Positions 52,440 through 64,000 of a stretch of DNA of 64,000 nt are shown piece after piece. The notes under the pieces are model-generated. The model had not been told where the DNA came from. It searched no databases and was given only the letters and a program-made list of their open reading frames with translations. The DNA is from Octopus sinensis (taxonomy: Eukaryota). Numbering within the stretch: the first letter of the stretch is position 1; each line of letters opens with the position of its first letter. The stretch is from NCBI RefSeq assembly GCF_006345805.1, contig NC_043017.1, positions 12,648,001 to 12,712,000 of the forward strand. Direction: 5' to 3'. The translations under genes were made by a program, and so were the position numbers.

Positions 52440-53200
52440 TGCTAGAAATATAAACCAAATCTCTCTTAAATCATATACTTCTTTGAATAGATAAACACAT
52501 TGGATAATGTACACCTCCCCTATATAGATACGTTGAAAAATAAAAATAACGGTCATGGATGGGACATCGTTGAACACAGGTGTATCTATACGATACTTGG
52601 TCAAGATGGCCTAGGGTTAAACAGCAGCATAAATGTATGAACCAGTGCCTTGGTTAGCTCGACCTCTTAGACAGAGCAGGTAAATCTCACTCGAAACCAC
52701 ACCCAACAGTTTTAATAAGGAAACCATATATTGGTTATTGTGGACCAGCATATCCAGAAAAGGCTGGGTGGTCACGGATGAGATACTTTTGATCATAGGT
52801 CTTGCTCGATCGGAGCTAACTTAGGGCTAAGCAATACCATATGACAGCACGATACACACGCAAACAGAGGGTATATATATATTATATTATAGTTTCACCA
52901 GAAGAGTGGTGACAGTAACTTCGAAGTCTCAGGCTATATCAGATGAAAGATCAACATTTAATAAGCGTAAACATACAGGGGGGAGTTTTACCCAGTCTGC
53001 TAGAAACAGAAGTCAAACCTGCTCCTTTAAAGCACATCATTCTGTTTTGAATAAGCTAAGTTGAGTAAACTCAGGATGGTGTAGTTGTACACGTATAATA
53101 ATAACCCTTACAGACATGGGATAATCTCAAGCAGAATGCGTTTGATGTTAGACAGGCCTACTGAATCAGGTCTCACCTGGGGCTAAACAACAAATAGCAA
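52440..53200 (+). mobile_element. Three diverged copies of a short repeat ending gggctaaacaacaa (also at 4330-4390, 26030-26095 and inverted at 58105-58170)
   Basis: Shared gatcataggtcttgctcgatc..ctagggctaaacaac motif; class not determined. Confidence 0.55.
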
Positions 53201-53207
53201 CACGTAA

Positions 53208-53275
<68 letters not shown>

Positions 53276-53524
53276 CTTTATGACACACACATACGTTCAT
53301 TTACTCGTATATTTATACACACACACACACGATACAATTACAATGTAACAAAATAGAAGATGAAAACACAACTGCTCGATGCAGCCTTTCAAATGTCGTC
53401 TGTTGAAGGCAAGGCGCGAAATTGTTATGATTTTTGGACGATAATTGAGGAAGGAGGTGGTGCATGTCCAAGTCTTGTGTGATGTTTTTGTGTGTAGCTT
53501 TGTCGTCCTGTGCAATTCATTAAC

Positions 53525-53575
<51 letters not shown>

Positions 53576-53958
53576 CAATGACAGCACTTGCTTAATGAGC
53601 TTGAAAACAAAAAACACAAAAGCATGTCACAGAGATAATCTCTAAAGTTAAGCTCAACACACACACACATGTAGATAGTGTAACCTTAGAGGAATGTGTT
53701 TTTACTTCAACTCTTTCTAAACCATCGCCTCCACCAGATATAATGGAATGTGTATGTACACAGACGTATACACACATCACATTCTACATACATACAAACA
53801 AAACAGAAGATTCCATTAGACACAAAGTACCAGGTTACACGCACGCACAGACAACCATATAAACACGTATACAACAAGATTTCATATATATATGTATCAT
53901 ATAACCTATAAAGTTCTAGACTACATTGTACACACAAATTAGAAAGAAAGGAAGATAG

Positions 53959-53999
<41 letters not shown>

Positions 54000-54691
54000 T
54001 GATAGATAGATAGATAGATAGAGAGCTAGATAGATAGATAGATAGGTAGATAGATAGATAGACAGACAGATAGAGAGCTAGATAGATAGATACCCACATA
54101 AACACATATACATTGAGGGAAAGATAGTAGGGAAGAAAAGAGATACCCAAAGCACAATTAAAAATATCAACAGTGATGTGTGTCTGCAGGTTGTGTTGGT
54201 GGTGGTGGTGGTATAGTAATTCACAAATTAGAGAGGTGAGAAGAGAGGGAAAAAATAGAGGAGAGAGGAGAAAAAAAGACAGGAAGGAAATAAGCAAGAT
54301 ATAGAGAAACGAGAAGTAGTAGTAAGGAATGAGAATGTTAGAGAGAGAGAGAGAGTGACCCACCCTCCGGAGTTGCTAGGTGCCCGTCGGTCGCCATGTT
54401 TGGGGGGAAAAAATTGACAACATCTAAGCACGCTATGTCCTCCTCCTCTACACTTGTGCTTTGATATACATATCTTTATATATAATATATATATATATAT
54501 AAATAAATATATATATATATAAATGTATGTATATACAGATCACACACACACAAATGCATACACGTTTTAATTTACAAACGAAAATTTTAAAAAGGTACTC
54601 AATATATGGTATTTTACCATCTTTAATTCAAATACTGGTAGGTTTTTTGTCAAGTAATTACACATGAAACACTGAGCTTTATATATAAATA

Positions 54692-54738
<47 letters not shown>

Positions 54739-55282
54739 ATATATATGCATATATATAGTAGTTGCTGACTTCGACAGAGGCCGTGTCAATTATAAAAGTC
54801 TTGTGTGTCCTGCTTTCTCAACATCATAACTGTGTGTATTTTTAATCTCGTGAGGTTCCTTAATAAATACATAAATATACGTGCATGCGTACAAATGTGT
54901 GCGAATATATATATACACATATAAATATACACACACATGCAGACATACCATATATGTACGGGGTGTAGTAAGAGATATAGAGAAACCATTTAAACACAAG
55001 TGGATATATTACACATGTGTACGTATGAAGATATGTATATATATATATATATAATATATATATACATACAGAGTATCATGTATATAAACATATAGATACT
55101 GTTAAATTGTATCTTACTATCAACACGAATCGTTGCAGATATTAGACACATACAAACAACAATATTGGACACATAATTTACGTTAGAGATCGTTTCTACT
55201 ATACACCCATGGATGGATGTCTGCGTATATAAACAGGATGGGTGTGTATGTAGATTACGTGCGAGTACGTTATATTAAATAA

Positions 55283-55329
<47 letters not shown>

Positions 55330-56126
55330 ATGTTCTGACTCCCCTCTTCCTTAAAAGCGCTGTCATTTTCCCGCCCCTCTCTGTCTGTCTGTCTATCCCT
55401 CTTTCTTTCTCATGCCCGAGTAATATAGGATCTCTCTCTATATATATATATGTGTGTATACAATTAACTACATACACGCAGATATATATAAACATAAATA
55501 CCAACTACACATACCACTCCCCCTCAAAAACGGGTTACCAGTAGTATTTATGCAGATCGTAAGCATATATATATATATATATATACATACATAGATGTTA
55601 CTTCTATACACTTCCCATAAATGTGTAGGGAGTACTGTGCTTGCAAATCTTAAAGCGATAAAACGGGTCTATAGTCGAGGTATATATAGGTATGTGTGTG
55701 TGTGGTGTGTATACAGATGTACCCACTAGTTATATACATTCCCCCAAAAACATGTTGGGAGCAGTGTTTTTTTGCAAATCTGAAGTATTTATAACAGGTC
55801 TGTATGTGTGTATGTATGTGTGTGTATATATATATATAAATTCCTCTGTGGTTTAACTCCGGATACCACACATATGTGTGTTTTACATACATACATATCA
55901 AATATATATATACATATATGTATATATATATATGTATATATATATATATGAATATGTATGTGTGTGTGTTTCATACTACGGTTGTAGTAGAAATATATAT
56001 TCGATGCTTGTGTTTTGTGTGTATATATAAACGTAGTGACATATACACACACATATATATGTATGTATATATCTTCTTATAGATAGATGTATAAATATCC
56101 TCCGGAATGTCCAGTGCACCACTTAC

Positions 56127-56283
56127 CTTTTTCCGATGAAGGAAGTGTGTTGTTATATTGTTGTTGTTGTAGTAGCTGTTGTTGTTGATATTGCTGCTGT
56201 TGTTGTTGTATGTGTAGTTGTTGTTGTTGTTGGTCTCCATCTCTGGGATTGCTCACTTGTGTGATAATGGACGTATTGTCCAT
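56127..56283 (-). CDS. Candidate polyQ-encoding exon (MDNTSIITQVSNPRDGDQQQQQLHIQ..NNTLPSSEK), gene unidentified
   Basis: Consensus AAG|GTAAGT donor; mixed CAA/CAG codons with unique flanking peptide; alternatives are a 129-nt internal exon from 56255 or a polyN frame from ATG 56240. Confidence 0.4.
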
Positions 56284-56779
56284 TAGTGGTGGAGAGGAAA
56301 AAAAAAACCCTGTCCTCCACACAGCAAAAGCTTCGTCGCCCTTCTTCTCTTTTCTCCTATACTTTAAACTGTTGTGTATATATGTATATGTGTGTATATA
56401 TAAATATATACATGTGTGTGTGTGTATGTGTCACTAAATAATATCGGTTGTGTATTAGAAAAACCTCTATGCTACTACTACTACTACTACTACTGCTATT
56501 ACTACTATCACTACTACTACTATCGTCTCTATATCGCTATTAGCACCGCACCCACCACCACAGCCGCCATCATCACTACTACGACGATCGTTGTGGTGGT
56601 AGCAGTCGCCCCCGTCGCCGCCTTTGCCGATTCTATTACTGCAAGTACTATCACTGCTGCTGATACTGCTGCTGTTGTTACTATTACTACTACTTCTACT
56701 ACTACTACTACTATGGTGGCGGCAGTGTACTTGTTTTGTTTTTTTTATTTAGTGTTGTATGCTGAAGGTGTAAAACTAG

Positions 56780-58030
56780 TTTAGTCAAGATGATGATGAT
56801 GATGCTGATGATAGTATTGATGGTAATGTTAATGATAGTGATGATGGTGATGGTGGTTGTGGTAGAAGAGGAGGAAAAAAGAGAGAGAAGCAGGTGAGAC
56901 AGAGGAAAAGCAACAGAAGCAAAGAAAGAGAGTGAAAGAATGAAGAGGGAGAGAAAGAGAGAATAGAAAGAGGTTGGGAGAAGAAAGATAGAGTAATAAT
57001 ACTATAATGAGAGAAAGAGTAAGAGTAAATGATAAGATTGGAGAGAGGGGAGAGAGATACTTGATAGAGAGGAGGAAGTGAAAGATAACGACATATAGAG
57101 AGAGAAGTAAAAGAAGAAGAAAACGTTAAGGAATGAGGGGAAGAAAGAAATGGTAATAAAATAGAGAGAGCGGGAAGGAAGAGTAATAGTGAGAGAGAAA
57201 GGGGGACAGTGTTAAAGGCAAAGAGAGATAGAAGGAGGAATGGAGAAATAAAGTCAAAGGGAAAGGATATAGTAATAGAGGCAAAGAGAAAGAGTGAAAG
57301 GATACAGTAGTAAAGTCAAAGAGAGAGAACAAGAAATTGTAACGAAATGGATAGATAGAGAAAAATATAAAGAGAATGGGGGGAATCACGGGGACAGCAC
57401 AAGAGGGATGGAGTGAGGCGAATGACAGAAAGAGAGAGAGGGAGTGAGATAATGAGCAACACAAGTGGGGGAAGGAAAGAAGAAAGGGAGGAAAAGCTAA
57501 AAGGCAAGAAAGGGAGAAAGAAGGAAGAGTGTAAAAGTGAGATAAAGAAAGAGCGCGGAAAAGAGGAAGAAAATTAAAGAGATAGAGAGGAAAAGAGAAA
57601 GAGAAAGGGAGAGAAAAACATGTTGAGGAAGAGGAGTAGAGTGATCAAGGGAGATAAACGGAATATGAAGGTTTTACTGAGAGAGGGGGATTTATAGCAG
57701 AGCACCTGATACTACTACTTACTAGAGTAAAAAGGGAGGAAAGCTTTACAGAAGAGCGAGAGAGGAACTTAGACTTGAAGACAATGAGGAATAGTATGAG
57801 ACAGGGGGGAGATATGGGGATAAATACAGAGTGAGAGAGAGAGACGGGGGAGTAGTTTTAGTAGAAAGAAAGAGACTTGAAGACAGAGAAAGAGAGGGAG
57901 AGAGAGAGAGAGATTGAGTGGTGTACTACATTAAGAGAAGGAAGGGGAGTAATAGAAAGACAAGAATACAGAGGAAGGGGGAAAGATATGCAAGAGAAAG
58001 AGTAATAAGAGAGAGAGAGAGAGAGAGAGC
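56780..58030. repeat. 1.2-kb purine-rich (+ strand) low-complexity tract
   Basis: Dominated by A/G on + strand. Confidence 0.8.
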
Positions 58031-58292
58031 AAAGGGTTTGCGGCGCGTACGCTTCTTCGGGACCTTATTGCACATTCGGGAGTTAATAGTTGATGTTGAT
58101 CGTCTCAATCCCTAGGTCAGCCCTGATTGAGCAGACTTGTGATCAAAGGCGAACCATCCCGCCTTTTTTTCAGGGGTACGTAGGGACCGTATATAGATTA
58201 CCTTTCTTTATTTAAGAAAGGTTTAGTGTAATTTGAAGGAAATTTCACACTTATTCTTTTCATTAGCAGGTCCAGTGAGTATATATATATAT

Positions 58293-58430
58293 TTCTTTAC
58301 TGCCCACAAGGGCTAAACACAGACGGGACAAACAAGGACAGACAAACGGATTAAGTCGATTATATCGACCCCAGTGTGTAACTGGTACTTAATTTATCGA
58401 CCCCGAAAGGATGAAAGGCAAAGTCGACCT
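58293..58430 (-). mobile_element. SINE family B 3' part
   Basis: Core and tail match. Confidence 0.85.
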
Positions 58431-58619
58431 GAGTATATATATAGAAGGAAGACCCCTCACTGGCTCATACATAGTATGTGTAAATGGATGAGCGAGGGAT
58501 TCTTACCTATTGGTGTGTGTATATCTATGTATGTATATGTATGTGAGTGTGTATATTATGACATATCAACACAAATTCTCAGCTCTTGTTTGCTGTCTTA
58601 TTTAAATACACTCTTTCTT

Positions 58620-58754
58620 TCTTTCTCTCTCTCTCTCTCTCTTCCACCCAGCTCTCATTCCATCTTTCTCTTTCTTTCTCTCTCTCTCTCTCTCTTCCAT
58701 CTTTCTCTTTCTGTCTCTCTCTCTTCCACCCAGCTCTCATTCCATCTTTCTCTT

Positions 58755-58793
<39 letters not shown>

Positions 58794-58978
58794 CCCAGCT
58801 CTCTCATTCCATCTTTCTCTTTCTTTCTCTCTCTCTCTCTCTCTTCCACCCAGCTCTCATTCCATCTTTCTCTTTCTTTCTCTCTCTCTCTCTCTTCCAC
58901 CCAGCTCTCATTCCGTCTTTCTCTTTCTTTCTCTCTCTCTCTCTCTCTTCCACCCAGCTCTCATTCCATCTTTCTCTT

Positions 58979-59013
<35 letters not shown>

Positions 59014-59092
59014 CCCAGCTCTCATTCCATCTTTCTCTTTCTTTCTCTCTCTCTCTCTCTCTTCCACCCAGCTCTCACTCCGTCTTTCTCTT

Positions 59093-59129
<37 letters not shown>

Positions 59130-59215
59130 CCCAGCTCTCATTCCATCTTTCTCTTTCTCTCTCTCTCTCTCTCTCTTCCACCCTGCTCTCACCCCATCTT
59201 TCTCTTTCTCTCTGT
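58620..59215. repeat. ~50-60 bp minisatellite (ttccacccagctctcattccatctttctctttctt + variable (CT)n) x about 10
   Basis: Direct inspection. Confidence 0.92.
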
Positions 59216-59821
59216 CTCTCCTTCATTAAACTAAAAGACATCTTCCAGTGAGAGATAAAAAAAAATAAGGAAGGTTTTAACAAGAGAATATAAAGAGAAA
59301 ACGAGAGAGAATAAATAGATGATAACTAAACAAAATAGATAAATAAATAAATTTTTTTAAAAACCCCAAAAGCCAAGACAGAAAGAAAGTAGCTAAGCTT
59401 TATAATAATAATAACTAACTCCATCTTTCACGTGAATACTTTGATGTAGTGGAACGATATTCTTCAGTTGATTTCGGTTTTTCACTTTACATTATATTAC
59501 TACAAGGTGCGCGTGTGTGTGTGTATGAAAGACATGGCAGGTCGGGTGTGGATAGAGCGAGAGAGAGAGAGAGAGCTAAAGAAAAGCATAGGAATTGTTC
59601 AAAACTGGTTTACAGAAAATGAAACATACGTATCGCGGTGCATGGGACTGATTGTAGATGTGTGTGTGTATGTGTGTATATGAATCATATATTTACATTT
59701 TTATTATGTTACACCCACACATACAAAAATATATTTATAGGTGTGAATACATATATATATATATATAATACACATCTTTTTATATATACGTATGTATGTG
59801 TGCATGTACATCTACCTATTC

Positions 59822-59854
<33 letters not shown>

Positions 59855-59857
59855 CAG

Positions 59858-59989
59858 CGGTGGTGCCCCAGCATGGCCGCGGCCTTCGGGCTAAAGCATT
59901 TTAAAGGATTTTAAGGATTTATATATATATATTTAATTTTATTTTATCTAGTTTCAGCTCACGAGCTGTGGCCATGCTGGGGCACCGCC
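59858..59989. mobile_element. Two ~55-bp 3'-tail-only retro-insertions, tail to tail, in (TA)n
   Basis: ggtggtgccccagcatggccgc.. on + and ggcggtgccccagcatggccacagctcgtgagctgaaactag on -. Confidence 0.7.
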
Positions 59990-60319
59990 ATATATATATA
60001 TATATTGTGTTTCTTTTTTATGTCAAGTTATAAATAATCTATTTTGATATTAAACCGAAGGATTACTCAATACATTTGGGAGAGTACATATTACATTTTA
60101 CATGGAAAACGTTAATAGTGACTTCGAAGTCTCTGCTGTCATCACACATGTGTATGAGTTGATGTGTGTTTGTGTATGTGTGTGTGTGTGTGTGTGTTCA
60201 ACCGATATGCTTCCAATTTTCCAAGCTATGTACATCCGTCCTGGCTTTTACCATATGTGTGTGTACTGTTATATTACAAGAATGAATGTTTATGATGAAT
60301 ACACACACACACACACACG

Positions 60320-60344
60320 CAGATAGATAGATAGATAGATAAAG

Positions 60345-60394
<50 letters not shown>

Positions 60395-60427
60395 GTAGGT
60401 AGGTAGGTAGGTAGGTAGGTAGATAGG

Positions 60428-60492
<65 letters not shown>

Positions 60493-60595
60493 GATGGATG
60501 GATGGATGGATGGATAGATAAAGAGATAGATAGATAGATGGAAGGATAGGTGGGTGGATGGATGGATGGGTGGGTGGATAGATAGATAGATAGTC
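60320..60595. repeat. (AGAT)/(AGGT)/(GGAT) tetranucleotide array
   Basis: Direct inspection. Confidence 0.95.
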
Positions 60596-60856
60596 TTATA
60601 TACGCTAACACAAACAGAAAAAAAAAGAACCTCCGTCGTTTTCCACGACGATTTTTCCAAATATTATAATCAACTGAAAGATTCTTAGGCCCTTAAACTT
60701 AATCATCAGGCAGAGTAAACGATATAGAGTGTGACTAAGGACGGCAGAGGCGGGGGTAGCTTTTGATTAAAGGTTCTACAGGTTTTGTTCAATTGTGTTG
60801 TATAGTGTCAATAAATGGTTGAGAATTCCACGGACGCGTGAGCTCTTCATCTAAAT

Positions 60857-61483
60857 CAGCAGTTCTCAACCGGGCTCCATATAACCGTTGTGAGATCCAT
60901 ACAAGATTCTGTTGTTATAATTTATATGCAATAAATCGCTTCTGCTTCTAATTTCTTTTATACAATTCCTAATAATATCTTTATATATAAAAGTAAGGTT
61001 GTGTGCTGTCTGTCTCCTACGATTTAGATTCCTAACTACTCCCACATTTTGCGGTACAGTTTAACCAAAACCGGGTATCTTATAGTCGTGATTCATATCG
61101 AGCCCTTCTGGGTATTAGCGCGCGTCTACGATGAGTCTACGATTTTAAAAATAATTTACCATCATTTTTTTCCATTTTAATGCATTTTTCCCTATTATAT
61201 AAGGGAAGTAACTCTCTAAAAGTGTCTACGATAAGTCAACGATTTTTAAAAAAATTTACCATCATTTTTTTTCCCATTTTTAATGCATTTTTTGGCTATA
61301 ACTCTCTAAAAATGCTTTATAGTTATTTCCCTTACAAACCCGAGCAACGCCGGGCGATACTGCTAGTTTAATTATAAAAATATAAGATTTTTTTAAAACA
61401 TTGAATGGCTGCTAAGAGGGTCCACCCGAGTAAAATAGGGATCAAAGGAAGTACACAGGTGGAAAGCTGGTTGGAAACTGGCA
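60857..61483. mobile_element. Old hAT (Charlie-like) MITE interrupted by a Helitron-type element
   Basis: Left end cagcagttctcaacc after atctaaat; degenerate right end ggttggaaactgg; right TSD not clean. Confidence 0.45.
60978..61366 (+). mobile_element. Non-autonomous Helitron-type element with internal ~50-bp duplication
   Basis: A|TC..hairpin cccgagcaacgccggg..CTAG|T. Confidence 0.82.
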
Positions 61484-61665
61484 TACAATTATAATCTAAC
61501 TTTTACTCTGTGTGTGTGTGTGTGTCTGTGTGTGTGTGTGTGTCTGTATGTGTGTGTGTATGTGTGTGTGTGTGTGTGTGTCTGTGTGTGTATGTGTGGT
61601 GTGTCTGTGTGTGTGTGTGTCTGTGTGTGTGTGTGTGTCTGTGTGTCTGTGTATGTGTGTGTTTG

Positions 61666-61772
61666 GAGGCGCATGGCTTAGTGGTTAGGGTGTTGGACTC
61701 ATGATCGTAAGATTTTGGTTTCAATTCCTAAACTAGGTGATGCGTTGTGTTCTTGGGCTAAACCCTTCATTT
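61666..61772 (+). mobile_element. SINE family C 5' head, truncated at the U6 junction
   Basis: ggaggcgcatggcttagtggttagggtgttggactcatgatcgtaag..cccttcatttca. Confidence 0.85.
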
Positions 61773-61866
61773 CAGCAGTACACATCCTAAGATTGAAGCG
61801 ATACAGAAATTAGCATGGCCCCTGTGCAAAGACGACACGCTAATTCGTGAACTGTTCCATATTTTT
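61770..61866 (+). pseudogene. U6: U6 snRNA pseudogene
   Basis: ttcagcagtacacatcctaagattgaagcgatacagaaattagcatggcccctgtgcaaagacgacacgctaattcgtgaactgttccatattttt aligns with canonical U6; first ~8 nt missing and ACAGAGA box has a deletion. Confidence 0.92.
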
Positions 61867-62859
61867 ACTTGGGGGGGGGGGGCTGTGCGGTAAGAAGTTT
61901 GCTTCTCAACCACGTGGTTCTGGGTTCAAGTTCCACTGCTGGGCACTTTAGCACCCCCACAAAAAAATTTCGAGCCTTGTGCCTAGAGTAGAAAAGAGCA
62001 AGTACTGGACTGCAGGGCACTTTAGCACCCCCCACAAAGAAATTTCGAGCGTAGTGCCTTAGAGTAGAAAAGAGTAAGTACTGGAGTCAATTTGTTCGGG
62101 TGCCCCAGCATGGCCGCAGTCCAATGGCTGAAATGGGTGAAAGACGAAAGGTAATTTTGCAATCTACTCCGTTGAAAAACCTACCTCTGCAAAAATGTTA
62201 AATTCTTCTACAATCACTCTCTCTCATTCTCCTCTTGTCTCTGATTCTTTCTCTGACTGCATGTGTGTGAATCTGTATAGGTGTGTGTCTGTCTGTCTGT
62301 GTGTGTGTGTGTGTGTCTGTGTGTGCACGTGTGCAGGGTAAACATTCCTTTATTCATTGCCTGTCACCAAGCCAAGTATGTGCACTCATCCTTCAGCTTT
62401 CGCTTCTCATCCTTCTCTGTACAATGTAAAGCGTGACTAGAGAAATCAACCAATTAACTTAGCTAATCAACATTTTGCCGGCTATTGTGTGTGTCTTGTG
62501 TCGCAAGAGAGCGAAAGAGAGAGAGAGAGAAATAGAGAGACAAAAGAGCAAGAGAGAAAGAGAGAGCATTGTTACATTTACTGGTATATTTTGGGATGCA
62601 AATATTTATATTTTCTTTATATACGTTTATATACATTTATGTTTCGCAAACATCTTAAATTTTTTATAAGCTTACCGTGTGTGTATTTATTGATACATGC
62701 TTGTATAATTACCTATGTGTACACATATACACTGAAAATTTTGAATATATTCATCTATTTGAATATTTACATGTGTGTGCGTGTGTGAAAGAGAGGGAGG
62801 GAGAGAGAGAGGGGGAGTGTGTGATTCAATATATTGTAAGACAGACTCAGATAATCTAT

Positions 62860-63138
62860 GGATGATGATGATGATGATGATGGTGACGATGATAATGAAG
62901 CTGACGATTATGACGATCATGATGACGATGAAACTCATGATGATGGTGGTGGGGATGATCATCATGACGAAGATGAGGATGACGAAGAAGACGATGATAA
63001 TGACAATGATGATGATGATGATGATGATGAACAATGACACTGATGATGAAGCAGAGGATGATAATTGATGACGGCGATAATGACGATGCAGATGAAGCTG
63101 ACAAAGACAATAATTGCAACACATCCATATTCAGAAGA

Positions 63139-63195
<57 letters not shown>
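62860..63195. repeat. (GAT)n/(GAC)n trinucleotide field
   Basis: Direct inspection. Confidence 0.9.
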
Positions 63196-63196
<1 letters not shown>

Positions 63197-63571
63197 CTCA
63201 TTGTTAAAAGGCAGGTAATCATAGAGGGGAAGGGAAGGAAGGGGAGGAGGTGTAATTGACTGAATCGCATGGAGGTGGGAGAGAAGGGAGGGAGAGAGAG
63301 AGTGGTAAAGCTCAAACAAAGGCGGCGGCAGAAATTCGAATTCAGGAAGCGTAAACTTTATATTTTCCGTATATTTCTTGATCCGATTCACTACACCATC
63401 CGTAAAATCTCCGCTGAAAATTTACGTTCATTAAAAATTCCTGAGTTCACTCCCTTGCCCTTTTTGAGAGGTATTTTGCTGCATGCTTCCTCACCCTGCT
63501 CTCACGCCTCTTCATTTCGATTATATTGTATTTTCAATTGACTGTGCAATATTTTCGACAAGAAGCTCATC

Positions 63572-63970
63572 GTAGGAGTGGCTGTGTGGTAAGTAGCTTG
63601 CTAACCAACCACATGGTTCCGGGTTCAGTCCCACTGCGTGGCATCTTGGGCAAGTCTCTTCTGCTATAGCCCCGGGCCGACCAATGCCTTGTGAGTGGAT
63701 TTGGTAGACGGAAACTGAGAGAAGCCTGTCATATATATGTATATATATATATATAAGTGTGTGTGTATATGTTTGTGTGTCTGTGTTTGTCCCCCCTAGC
63801 ATTGCTTGACAACCGATGCTGGTGTGTTTACGTCCCCGTCACTTAGCGGTTCGGCAAAAGCGACCGATAGAATAAGTGCTGGGCTTACAAAGAATAAGTC
63901 CCGGGTTCGATTTGCTCGACTAAAAAAAGGCGGTGCTCCAGCACGGCCGCAGTCAAATGACTGAAACAAG
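63572..63970 (+). mobile_element. SINE family A young full-length copy
   Basis: Young-subfamily diagnostics. Confidence 0.92.
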
Positions 63971-64000
63971 CAATACAAAACAAAACAAACAAAACACACA

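Noticed and set aside
58374-59283. 286-aa and 221-aa ORFs
   Set aside because: They begin in a SINE and run through a CT minisatellite.
63269-63541. 90-aa ORF in partly unique sequence
   Set aside because: Starts in a purine low-complexity tract, with no splice support or recognisable domain.

Overview
64 kb of AT-rich, repeat-saturated eukaryotic DNA. It is most likely octopus (inferred from the tRNA-derived SINE families, extreme microsatellite load and Penelope-type termini) and probably mostly intronic or intergenic. No long host CDS is visible, and nearly all ORFs in the supplied track are microsatellite or SINE read-through. Supported content: about 45 SINE copies or fragments of four families; decayed mariner, RTE and CR1 relics; three Helitron-type non-autonomous elements; piggyBac, hAT and Tc1-type MITEs; a cluster of GG..CC-ended MITEs with 8-9 bp TSDs; several young tandem arrays; a U6 snRNA pseudogene fused to a SINE head; and Penelope-LTR-like elements with hammerhead ribozyme motifs. 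The most notable observations are (1) a two-copy element whose hammerhead parts occur in a non-standard order with compensatory base changes, (2) an 11-copy 139-bp satellite born from a MITE end plus its TSD and flank, (3) the SINE-U6 chimera, and (4) a tentative chain of small minus-strand exons starting at a polyQ exon. Splice calls are unverified and low confidence.
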